A stretch of 49,587 nucleotides of DNA from Asterionella formosa (lineage: Eukaryota): contig NKIB01013945.1 in NCBI GenBank assembly GCA_002256025.1, forward strand, positions 1-49,587. The letters run 5' to 3'. The notes beneath the pieces were generated by a model. The model did not search any database. It had not been told where the DNA came from and saw only the letters and a list, made by a program, of their open reading frames with translations. Each line of letters opens with the position of its first letter. The stretch's first letter is position 1. This document shows positions 25,795 to 35,863 of this stretch, piece by piece. A program made the position numbers and the translations under genes.

Positions 25795-26888
25795 TCATCT
25801 ACGAGTGTCTCGTTCATTGATTGCTTTTCGAAGTTGTCGCACAATCATTTGAAATGCTTCAAACGTCTCCACCATGTCGCGATTTGGCTTGGGCACCTTT
25901 CTCGATCTAGCCCACTCTCGAATTAAGGATCGCATTGCAAAAAATAGAGAAACCAAGGTACAAATGTACAACATGGGTCTAATAAGGCGCAAGTGGGCTT
26001 CTTCTTTAGTGGCAAAGATTCGATTGCATTCTTCCATGTTTCTAGACCAGAAGTCTTCATCCCCGTGATAGGTGATGCGGGCGCAAATGCGAGGTAACGA
26101 CATGCCTTCCCAGCCAATGGCCGATGGCCCGTAACTTTAAAAACGATTGAAAACATTAACGTTTGAGTGACAACAAGGCAGTTTCAAAGAAAGCAATTGA
26201 ATATCAACACTCACCGATATAATTCCCTCAACGGCAAATTTACAACTATCTCAAAGACTCTTCCGCTCCATTCATCTAGGGTAAACATGAGTTGTTTCCC
26301 AAAAATCCAAAGAAGGTAGCCTACGGATGCTGTTACCAGAAAAATAATCATAGGTCCCGTCAACCATGGCTCTGGCGCTGGAACGTGAACTTGCGGGATA
26401 CTGAGCGACCACACGACATTTTGCATTTCTTCTTTCAAGATATGGGGAAGTGTTACAAATAGTCCATCCGACTCACGAAAAAGGCCTACTAACTCGCCTC
26501 CAGCAGAAATGTTGCTTATTTGTAAAACACATTTAGAGAGTTCCGTCACGTCCATATTTGGTACAATGAGGATGCGAACCACTTCGCGTCGTCCAGACAA
26601 TTTATTCGGTTCTGTCCGAATGGCAAGTCTCCACTCCTTATTGCTGCATTGTTCTTCTAGTCCTGTTTGCACTGCAATATCCATAGTGGGTATTCTCTGT
26701 AAAGGTGTGGATTGTGGCGGCACTTGAGGAGGAGGTGGTGGTGGAGGAGGAAGAGGTGCCCCACCTCGTAATCGAAACGGAACGACCACAAAGTCACTGC
26801 TTGCTGCTTCATCATCGACTATTATTCCCGGCAGATCTGGGTTCAATCGATTGCTTCTTCGGCGCGTAGTCTCATTACCAGCACTCAT
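25795..26888 (-). CDS. Hypothetical two-TM membrane protein; exons 26888-26215, 26134-25795
   Basis: Intron 26214-26135 (GTGAGT...AAG) joins LRELYR|YGPSAIGWEGMSLPRICARIT in frame; poly-Pro tract and two hydrophobic helices. Confidence 0.75.
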
Positions 26889-27520
26889 GTTGGTATTAGT
26901 AGCTTAGACCAACTAACCTTTCTTCAGCTGTGAAGTTATCGATGATGGCTAATTGGGCGTATTGTGGTGAACATTGTGGGATATTTACCAGGTACCGGGT
27001 ATGGAATGAAAACATTTTTTGGCGGTGATGGATGTATGTACTACTGGTATGTTATAACGGTTCTAACGATCACGGTTGTTGTTGTTACTGTACCTGATGG
27101 GAGGGACAAATTCTTACGTAGACGACGGTACTCGGTACACGAACAGGGGTATGACGATGTACGAACAGATCGAGGACGAGCTCCAAATGCTCAAAAATGG
27201 GACCTAAAACGAATCAGTACCTTTAGCCCACTGATGATTAAAGCAATGCTGTAGGTGTTTCGTTATGACCGTCCTGCAGAGCTCTTCGAGGAGTCCCCAA
27301 TCGAAAGTAGCGGTAATCTATTTGTTAGCCGAATGAGTGGCATCGCATACCGGAACCAGGTAGTCTAATTCTTGTGCCAATGGTAGATTTTAATGCACTC
27401 TACCCAACACAATCGATGAATGCAACGACATGGTTGGTGTACATGGTGAACATGAAGGCTTGAGATCCCCAGGCCGACAAAATGATGGTGGTATCCACAA
27501 TTGCAAGTACATCTAAATAG

Positions 27521-27598
27521 CCATTCGTGGGATTGTTGTGGCAAGGCTACATAGCCACCATTCGTGGGATTGTTGTGGAAAGGCTACATTGCCACCAT
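27521..27598. repeat. 37-bp tandem duplication
   Basis: ccattcgtgggattgttgtgg(c/a)aaggctacat(a/t)gcca twice. Confidence 0.9.
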
Positions 27599-27903
27599 GT
27601 TCCTCTTTCTGGTGTCTAAAGGCCTCCTTATATTCATGACTGATTCACAATGAATCTTGCCTCTGATACTGAATGTGGGACTTGCTAGCACAGGTTGGCA
27701 ATTATTTTTACCTTCGGAGTTTCGCACCACGTGAAGTGCTCTCCCGACTGCTATGTCTACCGGTGCTTAATATTTTATGGAGGAAAGGAAAGATCCAACC
27801 TGCTCGTCAGTAACCCCTTGATTGATTCTCTTGTTTGCACCACCTTCCCATGATCATCCCACTATCACTGTCTTATCGTTCTTGAAATAGACAGAAAACC
27901 AAC

Positions 27904-28332
27904 CTACTCAGCCTTGTCGTCCTCAGTCTTTCCCTCTTCCGCTGCAACTTCCTCCTCGGCAGGAGTCGCACTTTCCTCCTTGCTTTTGCCCTTCTTTTCC
28001 CAGTACGCATCCATGTCATCGTCAAGCTTCTTGCCAGCAATTTCCTTATTGGAAGATTTTAACCAATATTCGTCCATTCCAGCGTCCAGCTCCTCTGCTG
28101 TCATAGGCTTTTTCGCTTCACGAGGACCACCTCCGCGAGAATCTCTACGTCTACCTCCCTTTCCCTTTTTCCCAGACGATCCCGGAGCTCCAGACTTGGC
28201 CTTGGTCGCTGTTCTGGCGGCAGGGTTGTGCTCCGATGCCTTTTTGTGGCCCTTGTTGTCACCGGCGCCACCGCCTTGGTGCTTCCCACCGGTCTGCTTT
28301 GGCTTACGGCCTGTGCTTGCTGATCTCGTCAT
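27904..28332 (-). CDS. Small G/K/R-rich protein with FoP_duplication (Chtop/ALYREF C-terminal-like) motifs
   Basis: TAEELDAGMDEYW and KKLDDDMDAYW duplicated motif; RGG-like segment. Confidence 0.75.
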   Translation of the reverse strand: MTRSASTGRKPKQTGGKHQGGGAGDNKGHKKASEHNPAARTATKAKSGAPGSSGKKGKGGRRRDSRGGGPREAKKPMTAEELDAGMDEYWLKSSNKEIAGKKLDDDMDAYWEKKGKSKEESATPAEEEVAAEEGKTEDDKAE

Positions 28333-28850
28333 TTTGTAGGTTATTGCTGAACTACAGGCACACTTGAAAGATAGTATTCGAGATGCTGACCATCATCGAG
28401 GAAAACGCCGCTGATCCAATGTTGCGCTTATACGTTAGCTGCCTATGTAGCTATTAGCTAGCTGCACTCTTCGGTTAAATACCGGTAGTTCTCTAGCTAC
28501 CAGGTACCATACTTATGTACACTCCCCCACATCGAAGAAAGCATGGATTGGTCTGCATGGCTGGTCCACACGTTGATACCAGCTGTATTACGGAGTATCA
28601 TACACATACCACTGCAGTAACCGAAGAGTGCAGCTAGATAATAGCTTCTGCATAGACATAAGTATGTTACCTGGTACCTACAGCACTACCAGTATATAGG
28701 TCCTCTCTCGCTGAATTAGGAGGCCAATGTAGATTAGGGCCGCCCGATTTTTAGGTTCTACGTACATTTACATACCTTGAGCAAAAGAAGGTTTCCAAAT
28801 ATATAAGCAATCAGCTACGGTACGGTGCTCCGGGGTAAAAAACAGCGGAC

Positions 28851-28942
28851 TACCGGTACCGGTATCAGGGTACGTTACCTGGTAAGATACCTGGTTGGAG
28901 CACCTGGGTGTGAACAACTGCAAGGTACCTGGTACCTGGTAC
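28851..28942. promoter_or_regulatory. Dense TACC(W)GGTA motif cluster
   Basis: taccggtaccggta, tacctggta, tacctggtt, ggtacctggtacctggtac within about 90 bp. Confidence 0.4.
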
Positions 28943-29676
28943 AGCCGCAAGAAGCAGGCTGAGCAATCCTCAACAAAATGACGACGAGAATCTCATCATT
29001 CGTTCAGGGACGAAGAACAAGAAAGGAATCAGAAACATTTCGAGAGCTTTCGTCGTGTTCCCCGTCGTTACAAAAATGTTAAAATGATATTCTTTTCTAA
29101 AAAATCAGGGAATTCTGTTTTCGCTGTGTTGTTGGCGTACTATCCTCGTCGTCTGTCCATATTGCTGCGGTTGAGGGGGAGAAGCCGATAAAAAAATGTA
29201 CCTTTAGAGGGGTGTATGGAATTTTTATATCAAGTGGACCATTGTGTGATACACCCGTTTCCTCCCACTTCCTAGGTGTTTCATTTTGTACTAGATCTCT
29301 ACTATTCAATTGCTCAGCTTTCAGCACATGAAACTCTATGAAAGTGGTATTCAATCACGAGATAAACGACCTGAAAATGCAAGCTAAAATTGTCCAAGTT
29401 TGCATGCAGAGTGAGAAATATCATGCCTGCATATAGTCCTTCCTTTCAGCCTGCGCAAGGGTTCAACAATGCATGCAATGTAGCCACATTTTCTACACAC
29501 CATTAACAATTGTTGTGATGGATTCTGGCATTAACAGTGTTATGGTGTTCATATTTATGTGTAATTATATGTAAGCGTGAGTAGTACTCGTCGTCTCCAC
29601 CCCATGAATGGATTTTTGATCGATCCCCATGACGATCATCAACCAGCATTAACTAGGTTTGTGTGTAGGTGATCCA

Positions 29677-29952
29677 TTATTCGTCCTCCACATCGGGCTT
29701 CTTTTCCTCAGCAGCCTTCACAACAGATGAGGAACTTTTTGATTTTGGTTTTGCAGGAGCCTTTGCCTTTTTTGCAGGAGATTTCGCCTTGGCCTTGGTC
29801 GGCTTCTTGGCGGCAGGTGTCTTCGTCGCTGCCTTGGAAGCCTTTTTGGGAGAAGCTGCTGTCTTCTTGGAAGGAGCAATGGCCTTTTCGGGGGAAGCAG
29901 GGGCTTCTTTCGTCACCTTTGGCTTACGAGTAGTGGTTGCTGCTTTTACCAT
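29677..29952 (-). CDS. Histone H1-tail-like Lys/Ala/Pro-rich small protein (91 aa)
   Basis: SPKK, SPAKK, TPAAKK motifs, no globular domain, acidic C-terminus; ATG start. Confidence 0.6.
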   Translation of the reverse strand: MVKAATTTRKPKVTKEAPASPEKAIAPSKKTAASPKKASKAATKTPAAKKPTKAKAKSPAKKAKAPAKPKSKSSSSVVKAAEEKKPDVEDE

Positions 29953-31550
29953 TGCACAATAGAGAAAGAAGAATTATTGTATCGCCATTGGTTTTGATTC
30001 TTGACACAGTTACCATCAAGAATTGGTTCCGTTAAGAATACGGAACAATTCTCAACGGCAATAAGAAAGAAAAAGGGGTTGCATCATGCCTCCTGTCCTT
30101 TGGTGTACAGTACCTGGTACCAGTAACCAGGCGGGATTGCATAGCTACCTGAGAATCAAGTTCTGTATTTAATTCAGTTACTACGGATGCACTTATAAAA
30201 AAGCAAGTAAAGGAAAGAACCGGTACATACGGCCTGTGACGTCATTGTCATTTCTGCAGAACATTTTTCTACAGCTGGCTAAAGAAATGATGATTTGCAT
30301 TTCATTTCAGTTTTACCGGCGGACCTACGATATTTATGTTGGTGAGATATGAACAGGCTACATACATTGAATTCTACACACGAGTGTGATACATAGGACG
30401 GAATCCAGAATCCGTTCGTATGCCATACTTGATGTCGAAATACTGCAACAAATTTTATAAAATATACAATGCCAGTATCATGTATGAAATCGTGCATGGA
30501 TTTGAACGGTTCACCCAGTATACATACCGCTAGTACCCCCTGGTACACTCAATGCACCCTGTGACCTAAGCATAGCATTTTGAGTTAGCTAGCAGTACTA
30601 ATGTCATGCTATTTCGAGGTGATGTTGGATATGATCTCACATCATGACAATAAATAGCAATCCAGATCGAAAATTTTGGGCCTGCTAAGATTTAACTGGT
30701 ACCATCATGATTTGTGCTTCAGTTTTTCATGTTGTGATTTCCAATACTAGTTTATCAGATGACCTTGCCACTCTCCCGACTCATTGGACCCATTGTACTT
30801 TAATGCAGAGTGATTCCCTCTGGTCAAAGAACTTGTTGTTGAAGAAAAAGCAACCATGTTGAAGTGGCACACCTCAGTGGTTTGTATGTCACCACATTTA
30901 CTGTTTTATCTCTGCACCCAAACCCCCACAGCTTTCCAAACAGAGGTTCTGACTGATTGTGGCCCCCTTTCAGACAAATGGTATTTGGTACTGAGTCTGA
31001 AAGAGACACTCAACAAGCTCATGCAAGTCTAACCAGGGCCACTGTTTGTGACCCTAAGAGTCTAACCAGGTGCATTCATTATCATCCTTCCTTCTCTGAA
31101 TTCTCCTATTCCAACACCTGGACTTAATGCTACAGCGAACTTGGGTAATCATGTGAGTCATAGTCATCCTTTCTGCCCACCTCATTTCATTGTCTAAAAC
31201 TAGTACTTGGTCTTGTGTGCACCTAAAATCCCTTGAAACGAGTACTTTGACGGTGCAAACAATAGAGTTACATTCAAATTTCACACTTCAATTGCATTCC
31301 TTTGATGTTATTTCTTGGTGGGGTATTGATTCCCTGTGGTCTTCTTCGTGGTCTTCTTCCTAGACATACCAATATGGCCTCAAAGAACAAGATATGGCTT
31401 CCTGCTGGCAGTGGACAGGATTGAATAACAACTTGGATGGATAGTATTTCACAACGATTGCAGCTTTGTATGATTATTGTTGAAGTTCCATATGACATAC
31501 ATGGGATCAATCTTGTAATCCTATAGCTTAGCAATACTTGATGAGTTTTT

Positions 31551-32502
31551 CTATTGAGGTGCACTCATGTAAAAAGGATCATAGAATCCATTTCTTGTAA
31601 ATCCACCATCTACAGAAATGACTTGACCTGTAATATAGGCTGCAATCGGCAAGCAAAGAAAAGCTACCAAACCGGCCACTTCAATAGCTTCTCCAATGCG
31701 TCCCAAAGGAGTTCGCTCCAGTACACTTGCTTTGTACGCCTCGTTCTTGAGCACTTGCTGGGCGAGTGGCTATTGGACAAGATAAAACTGGTTAGATCGT
31801 CCAACCTCATGACAGCAAAACAGCCATTGGCATTTAAGCACGCACCGTATTGATGTACCAGGGTGCCACACAATTGACTCGAATACCATCGGGACCCCAT
31901 TCACAGGCCCAATTTCCTGTCACTTGATTCATCGCTGCCTTTGTGGCCGCATAGGGCGTCCCTGTCTTTACGCAAGTTACTCCCGCCACTGAACCAATGT
32001 TAACTACAGATGAGGGCAGTTCTCCCTTAGCTCGTTTCAAAAATTCATGGCAACCAATCGTCAAACCAAACATACTGATAAAGTTTGTGTTCAAGACAAA
32101 GTTGACTTCGTCTTGGTTATACTCAATCGATGGTTTGCGAATGTTAGTCCCAACATTATTGATCAGGATATCTAACTTTTCCCCAGCCAGAAAGCTTCGA
32201 ATATCTTCCAGCAACTTGACTCGACCATCCGCAGTAGCAACGTCAGCTACGACACCTTCTACATCGTACCCTTGTGATTTCCACTCGTTCACGCATTCTT
32301 GAAGTTCGTTGGCATTCCTGCTACAGGTCAGGACTCGACATCTGTGGGTTCCTGCCAATTCATCCACAACGGCACGCCCGATCCCTTTCGTACCTCCAGT
32401 TACGACTGCTGTTGCTTTGGAAGGAAACGACCATCCGCTTCCGGCCGCAATCAAGGAGGCGTGGCAGCAGAAAAGTAACGAGAGGAAGATCGCGTTGGCC
32501 AT
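31551..32502 (-). CDS. Tropinone reductase-like short-chain dehydrogenase/reductase; exons 32502-31846, 31769-31551
   Basis: [30 protein letters not shown] (YxxxK), [50 protein letters not shown]; intron 31845-31770 GT...AG. Confidence 0.92.
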
Positions 32503-32599
32503 GATGAGATACCGATAAATTAATTTGTACTCGTCCGAGTACCGTATAGTAGTACTGGTAGTCAAATAGTACAGCTGGATCAGCCAAAGCCTGATGGTT

Positions 32600-34110
32600 T
32601 TCCGTAGAAGTTATTGATTTTATTTTTAATTGCAACACTCCATTGCTTTCTCTCATCTCCTCTCATAGCCTCCTTGTAATGCTTTGGCTCCCCAGAATCT
32701 GAAGCAAGAGTAGTAGAATATGCAGAGAACCTCTCTATTCCTTCTTCACTTTGAAACAGTTCATCATCATCTTGATTGTCCACTTCAGCATAATCTATCT
32801 CTTCCATTGATTCTTTTGTCGTTTCATTGAGTTGTAAGTTGCACTGAGTACTGTGTTTGCCAGCATCTTCTTTACAACCTTCAAGGCTTTTCAATTCTTG
32901 TTCCAATTTTGCTTTCTTCGAAGCGTATTTATTGATCCCATCATCTGACTTCCCCACTGCTTCAGAGAGCTGAAAGCGAGTTTGTTTCACAACTGGAACA
33001 GGTGTTTCCAAAACAGTATCCTGGACAGGAAGCACAACAGGAACAACTTCTTCATCCTGCTTGTCATCCTCAATTGGATTATTAACAATTTCTGTGTCCC
33101 CTTCCACATTGAAATCCTTTAAACCTGTAATTAGACTTGTTTGAACATGCCAACCAGCCCAGTGAATGTTTTATGACTGTTTGCAATCTCTCATGTCTGA
33201 AGATTAAACATTTGATATGTTGTCAGAATGATGATTATGAGAATAACCAATCATCACACATTTAATGGCCTTTTCTTCAAGTTTATTTGTTTTCTTAGCA
33301 CCGATTTTCACCCATGCATCCAATCCTGCCAAACTGCATTAGATGATTGTAAATCATTGGAAACTTATTATAACACTTATCTTCTGCACTTTTTACATCC
33401 TTAGATGTGGCCACAATATTCATGATACTTGTGCTGCTGTAGATTGCCTCTGCCTGATGTAAACCTTGAAATTTATCATTGAATTTTGCAGCAAACATTG
33501 CTGCACATGCATGTTGACAAATGGTTACAAATTTTCGCTCAACAATTCCATTCTGTTGTGGCATGTACGGTACTGTTAATAAATTTGAACATTCAATTTT
33601 TTCACATAGTTTGGTCAATATTTTTGTCAAAGTCACTTTGTTATGCTTCATCCCGAGTTTGAGTTTACCATTGCATACAAAAGGACAAATGTTGACAATG
33701 TTTTTTTGGAATGTAGGTGTATAACATTCTTAAGCAAAGTGTCTCATTGGTCACTTTGTTTTCCATGCAGGCATCTCCACACCTTTGCCTTTTGTTTCTT
33801 TGTTTGCACCTGCTGTATTGATCTTAGATTGGCAATTTGCTGCCTTGTTTCCTTGTTCTCCACATTTCTTTCATAGCCCCTTGAATTTGTCATTTGTAGT
33901 CATTTGTAAAAAAATCAATCTCTTTGTTATTTGCCTCCTTGAACTTCCTTCTATGTAAGCTTTTCAAATCTAACAAACTATTAGTACCCATTCCTTCAAA
34001 AACAGTTATGACTTCATTGTACTCTTTAGGTAACTTATTCATCATGTGAGCAATGACTTCGATCTCTTTCTTTTCAAATGATGTATCGATTTTGCACCTC
34101 CTGTTTCTGG
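32600..34110 (-). mobile_element. Degraded Ty1/copia LTR retrotransposon fragment (gag-integrase-start of RT)
   Basis: Gag-like EVIAHMMNKLPKEYNEVIT; integrase TVPYMPQQNGIVERKF..I...A.A.M and AEAI..S..I.N; pre-RT EPKHYKEAMRGDERKQWSVAI; many stops and frameshifts. Confidence 0.85.
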
Positions 34111-34704
34111 TTTATTGATCCTCTACTTGTTGGATTACATATATTTTATCACAGCCATACATACAAACAATGTGTACCTATGATGCATCATTTTGTGCAT
34201 GTTGAGAAATCTGGTTGACTTGAATTAAAAAAGTAGAAACCATGCAAATTTAATCAAATCCCGGTATGGTGATTTACATCACTGATTGTTTCACTCATTA
34301 TGAAGTGCCATCGAACATGCACCTTATGAGCTAGGGACCAGCCACAATGACTTTTAGGAGTACCACAAAGTGAAAATAGCAAACAATCTTGTGCACGTTA
34401 GACTAACAAGGTTTGGTTTAAAGTTTGAGTCAGCTCATTTGCTCAACTTTGGGCATGCATTTGTTGGTTATTGACCATGCAAAAACGGAAATGATGCCAC
34501 CTGGACAAGTGGCTACCGGATGGTCCCTCGGATCCGATTTATTTGCCATATCCAGAGACTTTGCTTATCAATTCAGCCAGCAGGATTCCTTTCTTGAGAA
34601 ACATCTATTAGACGCTCGTCAACTGAAAACATTGCAGAACAAATAAAAATTGGGAACAACAGCAGTAAAACTAGCAATTCATGTGGTCAAAAATCCGAAG
34701 CGCT

Positions 34705-35214
34705 TTACCTCCCAAGTTTTCGTTTCAAGGCCAGAATTTTGCTTTCGATTGAGACTTGTTCCTGTCGGGCATCCATGCTGTCGGTGGTTCCATTCCTCAA
34801 GATCCCTTTATTATTTGCTTGGTGAGCAGGTCGCACTGTAAGAGTATTCCCAAGCAACCTTCGTCCATGCAGGGCCTTCGTAGCCGCTTGGGCTTCCTCT
34901 GCGTTCTCGTATTCGCAAAAGGCAAAAATACGTCCCATTTTGCTGCACAAGCAAAGCCTTTTGGCCGTTCCATATGGTTTCATGAGCTTTTCCAAGTGAA
35001 CCTGAGCGACGCGAGGGTGCAGACCACCAACGTACACTGTTGAATTGGACATGGTGTTGTTGTTGTTGTTGTTGTTGTTGTTCCATTCGGATTTGTTTAC
35101 AGGTATTTCCTCTGTTACCTTCGTTTCTTTCTCTCGCTGTTTCTCATCTTGTAAGATGCCACGTTCTGTGAGAAAGCGTTGGTTGGCTCCGTCAAAATCC
35201 GACATGACGTTCAT
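34705..35214 (-). CDS. RBM18: Single-RRM protein, RBM18-like (start at 35214 or 35205)
   Basis: RNP2 VYVGGL, RNP1-like IFAFCEY, ..ALHGRRLLGNTLTVRPAH and C-terminal SIESKILALKRKL, as in RBM18. Confidence 0.7.
   Translation of the reverse strand: MNVMSDFDGANQRFLTERGILQDEKQREKETKVTEEIPVNKSEWNNNNNNNNNTMSNSTVYVGGLHPRVAQVHLEKLMKPYGTAKRLCLCSKMGRIFAFCEYENAEEAQAATKALHGRRLLGNTLTVRPAHQANNKGILRNGTTDSMDARQEQVSIESKILALKRKLGR
35056..35082. repeat. (GTT)9 microsatellite encoding poly-Asn
   Basis: Read directly from the sequence. Confidence 0.95.
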
Positions 35215-35863
35215 TCGCTTTTGACGATGTAGTGTATTATATATACGGGAACTTGCTTGGAGCGATAGACTACCGTATACAAGTAAAGTTATAAATACAA
35301 ATATTTTCTGGGAACACGATGCATGAGGTAAATAAACAGTCGAGCGGCATCTATATCTAATTTCGATGATAGTCGACATGGTCGTTAGTAAATTCCTTTT
35401 TCAATGATGAATACTTATAGATGCAGGAGAACAATTTACCGGAGATTGGCTGGAATTGGTGAATTGTTTAGTTGTGTTTTCCGGCTACCGGTAGTGTGAA
35501 CCGTCTTTTACCTTCACTTACTTTACTTACTGGTATGGACAGGCTGTAGATGTATTTTATTAGCACCTTGTTTACCGGTCCATATTTTTTATACCGGTAA
35601 AATGATATGACGGTATACAGCATTAGTTTTCAAAACATGCCTGGTATTGAAACCTGTCGTCAGTAGAACGTAAACCAAGCGGAGGCAGAACAACGAAAGC
35701 AAAAGGGAGCGCAGATATGATGATATGATGTACAAGGGGTAAATCATAAATGACAACTCCACCACAAAACAAAGAAATCAAACAAATTTGAAAAGAAATT
35801 TAAACCTTTCTCTTAATTTTCTAATCAGTGGCTTCTTTCAGCAAGTAATATTAATCGACTATC

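Noticed and set aside
27521..27598. 37-bp repeats as a CRISPR-like array
   Set aside because: Directly abutting copies with no spacers; eukaryotic context with no cas genes
27914..29962. Antisense ORFs over the FoP-like and H1-like genes (27914-28339 and 29669-29962)
   Set aside because: Shadow frames of low-complexity coding sequence with non-ATG starts
30800..31550. Possible TE or solo-LTR remnant downstream of the SDR
   Set aside because: No termini or coding motif could be identified
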